Position numbers and translations under genes: made by a program
Virus record (IMG/VR): IMGVR_UViG_3300014836_000525
Direction: 5' to 3' (one strand)
From: an uncultured virus (IMG/VR IMGVR_UViG_3300014836_000525)
Taxonomy: Duplodnaviria > Heunggongvirae > Uroviricota > Caudoviricetes > Crassvirales
Length of the DNA: 20,000 bases
Notes under the pieces: generated by a model
Databases searched by the model: none
Told to the model about the DNA's origin: nothing
Seen by the model: the letters and a program-made list of their open reading frames with translations, nothing else
In this document: positions 7,830-15,906 of the stretch, piece by piece
How positions within the stretch are numbered: the first letter of the stretch is position 1
Layout of the letters: the number at the start of each line of letters is the position of its first letter

Positions 7830-10033
7830 TATTCTACTGTATTTTGTGAAGCTTTAATGTCTAGTTCCCTTTCCTTTAAAGCTATCTCTTGTTGTTTTAC
7901 TTCAAAATCTTTTAGCATCTTTTCGATACTTGCATTGGCACCTTTCTCAGATGTCTCTGCATTAATCAAAGCTACTTCGATAGTAGTTTGTCTATCCTTT
8001 TCCTTATCGATAGATGCCATCTCTGCTATTCTTTGATTAGACTCAATCTGTTGTTGCTTCATTTGAGCTTCAGCTTCTTCTTGAGCTTTTCTTAATTCTT
8101 CAGCTTGTTTCTCAGCCTGTACAATTTTATCTTTGATTTGAGAGAAACTATCTGATGATATAATGTCTGCAATTACAGATGCTGGAGTTCCATTCTGAAC
8201 CATAGCCTGAGCAAGAGCTTCAAGTTTTTGTTTCTTCTCAATATCTTTTCCTGCATCAGATACAAATATTCCGTATTCTGATTCCATATGATTAAGTGGT
8301 TCAATATCAATCTGATCGATAGAACCATCAGGCATTACGTACATACCTTTCTTTCCATTTATCCAAGCCTCTTTTGAATAGTCCAAAAGGCCTTGGAGTT
8401 CTCTTTGCTCGAAGTGAGAGAACTTCCTGAATAAATCTTCAGTAATGTGCGAAGATTGCACAATGCTTTGTTGCGAGGTGGCTTTTCCTTCATAAGTTCC
8501 CATTTGGCCTTGGCGTTGTCTGGTTACCCCACTTAGTTTTTCCCACTCTAAAATAATAGACTCTAACAAGGTTAAGTACTGAGAGATTGTCTTAATAGAC
8601 ATGTCTAGTACTGATTGGTGCTGAGGAGAAAGTTGAATACCTTCTTTATTGTAATCTACCCAAGCAATACCAGTACCTTCTACAAAGTACATAAACTTGT
8701 CCATGTCCCAGTTTTTAGGGATCATGTTAATGTCAAATTGAGCAATGATATCCTTACTACGTGCAATAGCCAACTCAAGACGATATTTATAAATATTGTA
8801 ATTAAGTTGATATGGAATACCCTGACTAACTAACGAAATATTTTGAGAGTTAATATCAGAGTATTTACGACCATTAATCGGAAGCTTACATTTAGATGGG
8901 TTATCTAAACTAATTCTTTGATTTTTAAATGGACGAATATTTATATAGAAATGCTTATCAATTCGGGTACCTTCCCATACAGCATTTACCCATTCCCATT
9001 CCATCTTTGCTCCGAGCTCTCTTAGTTCAGGAGTTAGTTTATACCCATCCTCAACATCAAACATCTCTGTAGAGCCAGTGTTTGGATCAGTGTAAGATAC
9101 AAAACCTATTCTCTTTCTAGATTTCCAGTAAACTGTAATGACTTCAATTAATCTATTTCTGTAGATATTGTCATCAGCACCAGAAGCTTCAGCCCGATAT
9201 AACAAGTAGGCTTCGGCTGCCGTTTGCCTAGGATTTTCTAATTCTAGAATTTGGTCATCAGTTAAGTCTGGACCATAAGCATCAATTATTGTAGATGCAT
9301 GTGCATACTTACGAATGATTGCCCAATCGGCATCCTCTACAAAGTCAATATCCGGATCTTTATCGTAGTCAATATCCAATGGGTTAATTACCTCATAGAA
9401 TGGTTCATTACGTCGAACTCCTTTGTGAGAGAAACATTCTCCAGCGACCAGGAAGTGGAACCATTGCTTTTGAAACTTATCATATATCTCATTAAAATAC
9501 ATGATGTAGTTAATTGAAGCTTGCCCTTTAATTGCTCGAGCATCTACATAGTTTCTATTAAATTCTTCAGCAATCTGCTTTGGAAGTTGAACATCCTGTT
9601 GAGCAATATCCTCATTCCCCTGTTTTGCAAGCTCGTTTAAGAAATGAGCTTTCAGGTTTGTTAATAGTAAGCTTTTAAGAGCCTCTTCTTTCAAACTTAC
9701 TGAGTCTTGGTTCTGGACAGTAACTGTATATTCCAATGGACGTTTAGACTTCTCTCCAAGTAGAAGGTCTACCGTTGGCTTAATGATGTTGTAGTTTCTA
9801 AGTTTAGATGGAAAGTTTTTTCTAGTCTTTCCGTATGGTTTAAGTACGTAGTTATAATCTTCTTCATCTACCATACCATTATAGTAATCGTATAGAGTCT
9901 TAAGGTAACTACGACGTTCACTTAGTCCAAACTTAGATAGATTAACAAATGCATCTAAGCAGGATTTACCCCATTTCTCATCCTTTTGAGAAATAGGTAG
10001 TCTTTGTTTTGGAATTGAGGCTTGTCCGAACAT
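7829..10033 (-). CDS. portal protein (crAss-like)
   Basis: 734 aa; PKQRLP..QKDEKW, YNIIKP.VDLLLGE, VYWKS..RIG, WEGTRI, CKLP.NG, GVTRQRQG motifs; C-terminal coiled coil; downstream of TerL. Confidence 0.92.
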   Translation of the reverse strand: MFGQASIPKQRLPISQKDEKWGKSCLDAFVNLSKFGLSERRSYLKTLYDYYNGMVDEEDYNYVLKPYGKTRKNFPSKLRNYNIIKPTVDLLLGEKSKRPLEYTVTVQNQDSVSLKEEALKSLLLTNLKAHFLNELAKQGNEDIAQQDVQLPKQIAEEFNRNYVDARAIKGQASINYIMYFNEIYDKFQKQWFHFLVAGECFSHKGVRRNEPFYEVINPLDIDYDKDPDIDFVEDADWAIIRKYAHASTIIDAYGPDLTDDQILELENPRQTAAEAYLLYRAEASGADDNIYRNRLIEVITVYWKSRKRIGFVSYTDPNTGSTEMFDVEDGYKLTPELRELGAKMEWEWVNAVWEGTRIDKHFYINIRPFKNQRISLDNPSKCKLPINGRKYSDINSQNISLVSQGIPYQLNYNIYKYRLELAIARSKDIIAQFDINMIPKNWDMDKFMYFVEGTGIAWVDYNKEGIQLSPQHQSVLDMSIKTISQYLTLLESIILEWEKLSGVTRQRQGQMGTYEGKATSQQSIVQSSHITEDLFRKFSHFEQRELQGLLDYSKEAWINGKKGMYVMPDGSIDQIDIEPLNHMESEYGIFVSDAGKDIEKKQKLEALAQAMVQNGTPASVIADIISSDSFSQIKDKIVQAEKQAEELRKAQEEAEAQMKQQQIESNQRIAEMASIDKEKDRQTTIEVALINAETSEKGANASIEKMLKDFEVKQQEIALKERELDIKASQNTVE

Positions 10034-10038
10034 TACTA

Positions 10039-10046
10039 CAAAATTA
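10039..10046 (-). promoter_or_regulatory. Bacteroidota sigma -7 element (TAATTTTG), 5 nt upstream of the portal ATG
   Basis: Matches the TAnnTTTG consensus; intergenic. Confidence 0.65.
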
Positions 10047-10133
10047 CCTTTGTTTTTAATAAAGTTATAAAATTACACTAAAAATAGTCAATTTAGACAA
10101 ACTATTTAGTGTATCACATAAATTAAGTGTTGG

Positions 10134-12125
10134 TTAAGAGTATATCTTATCAAACCAATCATTGCTAGAGTTATCTGCATTATTGTAAACAAGTTGCTTT
10201 GAGTACATTTCTTTCATATGGTACATGCCAATCATTAAGGCCATGGCACGGTCAAAGTTACCTTTTTTATTAAACTTCATTAACTCTTGAAGTAAAGCTG
10301 GGTCATAAATCTTCTGAAGATTAATAGTTATAGTACCGTCCTCGTCTGCCCCTCTACCACTAACAAGCCAATCTCGAAGATAAATCTCTCCTTGGTTTTT
10401 CCTAGCTTCGGTCATGTGCATGCCGTACTGTCTATTTACTTTCTTACTTCTAAGTTCTTTTTTATCAAGCATTTCAAATTCTTCTTGAAGTAAGTGTAAC
10501 TTTTTAAATCGTTTAGCGTATGCTATTACTTCTCCTCGGTCATTCTCAAATCCAATCTTTCCATTGTAGTATTCGGCCAACATAAATAAGTTTCTATTGT
10601 ACTCATCTTGAGATGCAGGTCTTCCTACATAGCTGGCAACTATTAAGTCATCTGGTTGAGACATATTATTAGGGACCTTAAGTACATAAGTAGCTCCTAA
10701 GGATACTCCTGTAGTAGATGTTCCGTGTGCATATGGGTCATGACAGATGACATACATATTCCTAGGAGTAATTTCATCTTTATCTTTAAATGGAGCTTCG
10801 TATACAACTACGGCACCAGTTAAGTCGTCATCTTTTCTATGTGGGAATTTGTAAACTGGTCTAGCATCTCCATTGGCTTTAAAGTCAGGCTTACCTTTAG
10901 AGTTATAGTACATCTCCCCAGCTACTCCGATTGTATGTAAGTTGTTAGATATCACTCTGTTATACTGCTCTTTTAATGAGGCTGTATCTAGAATGTTAGC
11001 TGTAACTTGCAGTGTAGCTTCCTGGGGACTAAATGGATGCTCAGCTATGTATTGGTCAAAAGCTTTTGGGTCATTACCTTTTCGTTTATTTTCCCTCTGC
11101 TCTTCTTCAAAGGTCATAGCTTCTTCTATTAAACTATTTCCCTCTCCATCCATAAAGCCATCTAAGTTCTGATAGATTGGAACAAAGTAACCACAACTTG
11201 TTCCATAAGCTCCTGCATCCCACTCGTTCTCAAACTCGAGGCAGTTGTAAGCTTTTGGATGATAGAATAATTCTTCCAATCCTTCAAATCCTGGACCTTC
11301 TTCACCACCAGTACCAAAGGCAATCATAGTTCCAAGTGTTTTAGAACCTTGTTTCATAGTAGGCATAGCTACCTCCCAAGCTTTAAGCAACCCTGAGAAT
11401 GAACCTGATTCCTCGAAGAAGATTAACTCACCGGCTTTACCACGGACTTTATCTGGATCATCTTTTAGAGATACCCCGATAACTTGACTCTTCATTCCTA
11501 GGGACACATCGGCCCCATTAACTTTCTTTTTGTAACCAGCTTGCCTGTGCATCATCTGGTCAATTAACCTAGGCTGAGTCCATGCTGTATTATCATCAAT
11601 AAATGATATGAAATCCCAAGTCTTAGATAGGATACCATCACCGATAAGATACTGTTTATCAGAGGCAAACACAAAGTTCTTAGAATTTCTTAGCAAGAAG
11701 TAGTTTCTAGCCATCATTGCTCCGGCCTTGTAAGAGAAACCTTTTCTTCGTGCTTTAAGCACGGTCATATGTTTGTTTTCTCTTCGACATCTATCTACAG
11801 CATGAAAGTACTCGTAGTCTCCGTCGTAAAATGCTGGAAAAGTTCTTTCACGTTTAGCTATAATAGTCCCATCTTCTAGCTCTTCATCTATGGCCCTATC
11901 AATTGGGCAGTAGTTCAAGTAAAAGTAGTGGTACCCAGTAATTTTTATCCCATTTACTTCATAGCCATTAAGTGCTCGTCTTACCTCCTCATCCCAAAAG
12001 TCAAAGTACTGCTTTGTCCCTGGAAGAGCATCAGTATAAAAGCCTTGCTCTAAAAAGATGGCAGCGGCCGGACTAAATAAATGACTATCTGTGAACTTAA
12101 TTTTAGGGGATACACTTTGCTGCAT
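10134..12125 (-). CDS. terL: terminase large subunit
   Basis: 663 aa; ITGYHYFYLNY, Walker A KARRKGFS, Walker B LIFFEESG, GTGG, and nuclease motifs CHDPY, ENDRG, NFDRAMA. Confidence 0.95.
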   Translation of the reverse strand: MQQSVSPKIKFTDSHLFSPAAAIFLEQGFYTDALPGTKQYFDFWDEEVRRALNGYEVNGIKITGYHYFYLNYCPIDRAIDEELEDGTIIAKRERTFPAFYDGDYEYFHAVDRCRRENKHMTVLKARRKGFSYKAGAMMARNYFLLRNSKNFVFASDKQYLIGDGILSKTWDFISFIDDNTAWTQPRLIDQMMHRQAGYKKKVNGADVSLGMKSQVIGVSLKDDPDKVRGKAGELIFFEESGSFSGLLKAWEVAMPTMKQGSKTLGTMIAFGTGGEEGPGFEGLEELFYHPKAYNCLEFENEWDAGAYGTSCGYFVPIYQNLDGFMDGEGNSLIEEAMTFEEEQRENKRKGNDPKAFDQYIAEHPFSPQEATLQVTANILDTASLKEQYNRVISNNLHTIGVAGEMYYNSKGKPDFKANGDARPVYKFPHRKDDDLTGAVVVYEAPFKDKDEITPRNMYVICHDPYAHGTSTTGVSLGATYVLKVPNNMSQPDDLIVASYVGRPASQDEYNRNLFMLAEYYNGKIGFENDRGEVIAYAKRFKKLHLLQEEFEMLDKKELRSKKVNRQYGMHMTEARKNQGEIYLRDWLVSGRGADEDGTITINLQKIYDPALLQELMKFNKKGNFDRAMALMIGMYHMKEMYSKQLVYNNADNSSNDWFDKIYS

Positions 12126-12130
12126 AGAAA

Positions 12131-12628
12131 TTAGCTATTGTATTTAGTGCTCTGTACCCCACTTCTATTTGGGGAATCTTTTTCAGCATTTTTAATGATT
12201 AGCTCCTCTAGTGTATTCAATCCTTCTACTACATCTCCAACACTTTTAAGATTGGCCACTAAATCCTTGGCTGAATACACTAACTTTCCGTTGTCATCGG
12301 TAAGAGTTAGATCGATATCTTTGAAATATCTCTCAAGTTTGTGCACTGAAGTTCGTGCAGCTTTTAACAGTCGAACAGCATGAGTCTCAGATAGCTCTTC
12401 ATATTTTTTAACAGCTCCGAGTATCTTAGGGTTAGCTTTGACTTTGAGGTCTTCCTCGAGTTTAATTCTTCTTTCATCATTTTCGTAAAAGGCATACGGG
12501 GATTTATAGTCAGTGTAAAAATACACAAAAGCTAATTCCTTTGAAGTTAATTTTTCAAATTCTGGAATGGTTAAAATGTAGGGACTTGGGATAGCCACAT
12601 TATTTGATATCGTCAGTAGGTCTTTCAT
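12131..12628 (-). CDS. conserved crAss-like protein, candidate terminase small subunit
   Basis: 165 aa, helical, FVYFYTDYKSPY motif, ends 5 nt before TerL; the TerS call is positional. Confidence 0.5.
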   Translation of the reverse strand: MKDLLTISNNVAIPSPYILTIPEFEKLTSKELAFVYFYTDYKSPYAFYENDERRIKLEEDLKVKANPKILGAVKKYEELSETHAVRLLKAARTSVHKLERYFKDIDLTLTDDNGKLVYSAKDLVANLKSVGDVVEGLNTLEELIIKNAEKDSPNRSGVQSTKYNS

Positions 12629-12851
12629 TAGCTTCTTTAAGTTTTTTACGACGAGTCTTGTCGTTAATGTGATCTATTCTCAGAGGTTTTGCATGAAATT
12701 TACCAAAATATGGCAGTCTAATCGATTGAAAATCACCAAGTTCCATAACATCTGCTACGTACTTGAACTGAAAGTAGACAATGTCTTCTACTGTCTTTAG
12801 TGGTAGATTATATTTCGTTGCTAGCTTCTGAATAATCGTTTTCTCAAACAT
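12600..12851 (-). CDS. HU/IHF-like DNA-binding protein
   Basis: 83 aa, basic; II.KLA.KYNL....VEDIV...F..V...M..G...IRLPYFGKF follows the HU/IHF pattern, with a short arm. Confidence 0.75.
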   Translation of the reverse strand: MFEKTIIQKLATKYNLPLKTVEDIVYFQFKYVADVMELGDFQSIRLPYFGKFHAKPLRIDHINDKTRRKKLKEANERPTDDIK

Positions 12852-13110
12852 TTGGCCAGTACTTTAATGGGCAATTTTGTGTTTTCCAAGCTGCCTTCTT
12901 AGTTACAAAGCATCCACAGTTGTTGCACTGCATCTTAGATTGTATCAATTCAGGGCAGTTTAAGCATGTGTTGATTCTCTCTTTGTATACCTCTTCATCA
13001 ACAACTGGAAAACCTTCAGCTGCAAATTCAACTGCAGCCTTAGCAAAGTTCTTAACCATCTTTCCTAAAGACGGTTTACTCTTTTTCAAAATTTTCTTCT
13101 CCTCTTTCAT
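12844..13110 (-). CDS. small Cys-rich putative metal-binding protein
   Basis: 88 aa; R..TC..CP....QC..CGCF...K......CP..YW. Confidence 0.7.
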   Translation of the reverse strand: MKEEKKILKKSKPSLGKMVKNFAKAAVEFAAEGFPVVDEEVYKERINTCLNCPELIQSKMQCNNCGCFVTKKAAWKTQNCPLKYWPNV

Positions 13111-13210
13111 CGTCTAGTATTGTTAGTGATTTAACTTTTCCTTTTGGATTTTGAATTACCATTAATATCCCCATGGGGACATAAAAGTAAGTTATGACTT
13201 CTCCTGCCAT
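13076..13210 (-). CDS. small hypothetical protein, 44 aa (MAGEVITYFYVPMGILMVIQNPKGKVKSLTILDDERGEENFEKE)
   Basis: ATG 13210 to TAA 13076; fills the 81-nt gap and overlaps both neighbours, as other genes in this operon do; not in the ORF track. Confidence 0.55.
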   Translation of the reverse strand: MAGEVITYFYVPMGILMVIQNPKGKVKSLTILDDERGEENFEKE

Positions 13211-13518
13211 TGTGGAGTTATTTCTATAGTTACAGGTTCAATAGTTAAAAGCTTAGATAACTCGTACCCATTGTTAGTAACAACAATAGCTTTCTTATCT
13301 TTAAGTCTTTTAACGTAGTTATTCAAGGTATTGAAGTCTTTAATTTTCAATAGTTCTGCAACCTTTTGTTTGTTCATAGCTGAACATAAGTTTACAGTCT
13401 CTCTATTATCGATCAAAGCTGCCAGTACCTGCATTTCAGTATCCGTCAATTCTAGTATTCCGTTAAATACCTGAATAAATTTTAGTGTAGAGTTAGGAGT
13501 AATTTTAATTTTCCTCAT
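13192..13518 (-). CDS. winged helix-turn-helix DNA-binding protein
   Basis: 108 aa; LTDTEMQVLAAL...KVAELL.I...TLNNYVKRLKDK.AI.....Y.L. Confidence 0.7.
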   Translation of the reverse strand: MRKIKITPNSTLKFIQVFNGILELTDTEMQVLAALIDNRETVNLCSAMNKQKVAELLKIKDFNTLNNYVKRLKDKKAIVVTNNGYELSKLLTIEPVTIEITPQWQEKS

Positions 13519-13762
13519 CTTGGGTTAGCTTTAAAAGTTCAATTTTAGCTCTTTCATCGACCATTCTTATTTTACAAGTTTTAGAGTGAGTGTTAAACTC
13601 ATCGATGTGCTCAGTCATTCCTGGTCTAGTAGATACAAAAGATAAAAACACCTCGAGCTCTTTTGTAGCTCGAAGTGTATACTCTTTTTCTTTACGGCCA
13701 ATATCTGCCTGGGCTTTTAATATCTCGTAGTTTTCCAGCGAGATTGTAACTGTACCATCCAT
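13505..13762 (-). CDS. hypothetical protein
   Basis: 85 aa in-operon ORF with ATG start, overlapping the next gene; N-terminal TVTISLENYE.L motif. Confidence 0.7.
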   Translation of the reverse strand: MDGTVTISLENYEILKAQADIGRKEKEYTLRATKELEVFLSFVSTRPGMTEHIDEFNTHSKTCKIRMVDERAKIELLKLTQDEEN

Positions 13763-13774
13763 ATTACTTAGATG

Positions 13775-14056
13775 TTAGTTAGCTCCAATTACCCCGATTG
13801 TTGCGTATTTAGTTAATACTGCATACTCAACATTGTTAATATGGACTGGAAACCAAGCTGCATCTGGATGTAGTAGGATAGTATCTCCGGCTTTACATTC
13901 GGCTTCTGGACCAGCAGCTAGTACTACTTGTTCCATACTTGGTTCAGATTTCTGAGATTTCTCTGGAATGAAGATTCCGGATTCAGTTGTTGATTTAACT
14001 GTTGGGGAAGCAATGACTATAAAGTCACGAAATGGGGCGAAATTAATCTTTGACAT
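13775..14056 (-). CDS. groES: GroES-like co-chaperonin
   Basis: F.PFRDFIVI, mobile loop TTESGIFIPE, VVLAAGP..CKAGDTIL, EYAVL....IGVI; ATG at 14056 preferred because the TTG at 14080 lies inside the promoter box. Confidence 0.85.
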   Translation of the reverse strand: MSKINFAPFRDFIVIASPTVKSTTESGIFIPEKSQKSEPSMEQVVLAAGPEAECKAGDTILLHPDAAWFPVHINNVEYAVLTKYATIGVIGAN

Positions 14057-14077
14057 AAACTTTGTATTTGGTTTAAG

Positions 14078-14085
14078 CAAAGTTA
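14078..14085 (-). promoter_or_regulatory. Bacteroidota sigma -7 element (TAACTTTG) upstream of groES
   Basis: TAnnTTTG consensus, with TTG 21 nt upstream (14107-14109) as a possible -33 element. Confidence 0.7.
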
Positions 14086-14119
14086 TAACAAACTTATTTA
14101 TATAAGCAAGTTTATTACA

Positions 14120-14701
14120 TTATTTTTTAAAAAATAGTAAGTAGGCTTGGTACCCAGCTAATGCCCCTATTACAAAAGTGGTAGTTTTAAATACTCCTAC
14201 CTTAAACTTTAGTGCTGAGTTAGTATCCCTTAAAGTTTTATTGGTTGCTTCGTTCTCAGTGTACAGTTTTCTATAGTGCTCCATATTAGTAGTAGCATAT
14301 ATAGCCTGAGTTTCAGCTAAAGATAACTCTTTCTTTAGTCTACTATTCTGGGCAACTATATCGTTAATCCTTTCTTCTAGAGCCTGATTAACCCAATACA
14401 TAGATACAGCATCTTGACGATATTGCTCTTTCCATAGAAGTTTTTCTAGAGTAATCTGCTCTTGAAACTCATTGAGAAAAATCCCATCTTCCTTTAAATA
14501 GGTTATTCTCTTTGGAATACCGATGGTATCAAATTGTAAAAATGTAGGTCTCTTTGCATTAAAGTATGCAACTAAAGAATCTTCAGAAGGGGAATGAATC
14601 CTTAACTGCCCAGGAATTGATCCATAAACTATCTCTGGTAGCATCATCAGCATCAGCGACACGTTTAATGTCAATAATAGTTTTCTTACGTGATTTTTCA
14701 T
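14120..14701 (-). CDS. secreted/membrane coiled-coil protein, spanin-like
   Basis: 193 aa; N-terminal signal-like segment without a lipobox Cys, long coiled coil, C-terminal TM ending FFKK; overlaps the upstream gene by 119 nt. Confidence 0.5.
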   Translation of the reverse strand: MKNHVRKLLLTLNVSLMLMMLPEIVYGSIPGQLRIHSPSEDSLVAYFNAKRPTFLQFDTIGIPKRITYLKEDGIFLNEFQEQITLEKLLWKEQYRQDAVSMYWVNQALEERINDIVAQNSRLKKELSLAETQAIYATTNMEHYRKLYTENEATNKTLRDTNSALKFKVGVFKTTTFVIGALAGYQAYLLFFKK

Positions 14702-14945
14702 TTTTCAAAAGTATGTAATTAATCCTTTCTTGTCTTAAACTATCTCTGTATTTAAAAGCAGCTTCGTCCTTAGCTCTAATTACTTGACGTACAAGGATAC
14801 TATCTCGTATAGCTTTTGCATTGTTAAAATCTTTTTCTTCTTGCAAAGCTCTTTTATTACTAGCTCCTATCTCATAGAAGATTACAGTCATTATAAGTAG
14901 TATCAAAATTACTATCCAATGCAGATTCTTAATTAGTCTATCCAT
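14583..14945 (-). CDS. i-spanin-like protein
   Basis: 120 aa; single N-terminal TM (WIVILILLIMTVIF) then coiled coil; directly after the endolysin. Confidence 0.55.
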   Translation of the reverse strand: MDRLIKNLHWIVILILLIMTVIFYEIGASNKRALQEEKDFNNAKAIRDSILVRQVIRAKDEAAFKYRDSLRQERINYILLKNEKSRKKTIIDIKRVADADDATRDSLWINSWAVKDSFPF

Positions 14946-15601
14946 GATGTTATTGAGTATAATGTTTTTACGGGTCTAAAGGTAAGATAAACTCCGTCAC
15001 CCTCATTTGAGTTTCCTCTATTTGTGTTTCCCTCATAATTTGCAGTCATGTTTTCTGATTGCATATGATCGAAGAAACCAGTATGTCCAATCCTTCCTTT
15101 ATTAGCATAGTAGAGAGTAATCACATCAGCTTGCTGAGGCTCTTTCTTAAACTTACCTTTAAAGTAGACAATATTCTTTTTATTATGAGCTGTTGGAGCC
15201 CATGCTGTAATAGAATTTTTTACTCCTGCTTGATTTAAACACCAGTGCACAAAGGCTGCACACCAAGCAAATCCTTTTCCAAGCCCGACTGACTTAAGAT
15301 ATTTCTCTACATCTTTACCATCATTTCTGCCAGTCTTTTCCCGTACTCCTAACTGAGATTTATAGATAGCAGCTACCTCGGCCCTAGTATTTATTACTGG
15401 TTCCTCTATCTCTGGCAATACTTCTGGAATTACTTCTGCTATTACCTCTGTAACCATCTCAGGTTCGTCGTAAGATAACGTGTCAATCTCTCCTGGAATA
15501 TAAACTCTAGAACTAGGGCTTAAATCAGGTTTACAACTAACCAGAAGAATAGACAAAGCAACAATAGTTGCAATAATGGAATAAACATTACTCTTAACCA
15601 T
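14933..15601 (-). CDS. CHAP-family peptidoglycan hydrolase (endolysin) with lipoprotein signal
   Basis: 222 aa; LVS-C lipobox at Cys23; QLGVRE.TG.N.G..V..YL, AWCAAFVHWC, GHTG, EGNTN, EGDGVY. Confidence 0.85.
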   Translation of the reverse strand: MVKSNVYSIIATIVALSILLVSCKPDLSPSSRVYIPGEIDTLSYDEPEMVTEVIAEVIPEVLPEIEEPVINTRAEVAAIYKSQLGVREKTGRNDGKDVEKYLKSVGLGKGFAWCAAFVHWCLNQAGVKNSITAWAPTAHNKKNIVYFKGKFKKEPQQADVITLYYANKGRIGHTGFFDHMQSENMTANYEGNTNRGNSNEGDGVYLTFRPVKTLYSITSWID

Positions 15602-15906
15602 ATTGGAAGATCAAAAAAATCGTTTTTTGCTGATAGTCTGTTTGGATTACCCTTGTAGTAGTACTTATACCAGCCTCTATGGTAGAGATTAATCATAAGA
15701 TTAACTACAGAAAATCCTGTGAAGAATGCAAATGAGGCAATGATTACCCCATTGATTAGCCCCGGTGGAAAGATTCCTACTGTAGGGCCCCATAGGTTAA
15801 ACAGTAATGCACTTATCCATAGCATAAGAATAAAAGTTAGTGGTAGTAGCCATGTGCCTTCCCACTCTTGTAACCATCTGGTTACTTTGTTAAATAGGTT
15901 CTTCAT
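15520..15906 (-). CDS. holin-like membrane protein (about 3 TM segments)
   Basis: 128 aa, three hydrophobic segments, immediately upstream of and overlapping the endolysin. Confidence 0.55.
   Translation of the reverse strand: MKNLFNKVTRWLQEWEGTWLLPLTFILMLWISALLFNLWGPTVGIFPPGLINGVIIASFAFFTGFSVVNLMINLYHRGWYKYYYKGNPNRLSAKNDFFDLPIWLRVMFIPLLQLLLLCLFFWLVVNLI

Noticed and set aside
10134..12125. Intron or intein in TerL, portal or MCP
   Set aside because: Reading frames are uninterrupted, sizes look ordinary, and no intein C/HN boundaries or homing-endonuclease motifs were seen
15610..15620. -1 slippery heptamer T TTT TTT in the holin-like gene that could fuse it to the endolysin frame
   Set aside because: The -1 frame hits TGA immediately after the slippery site, so no fusion is possible
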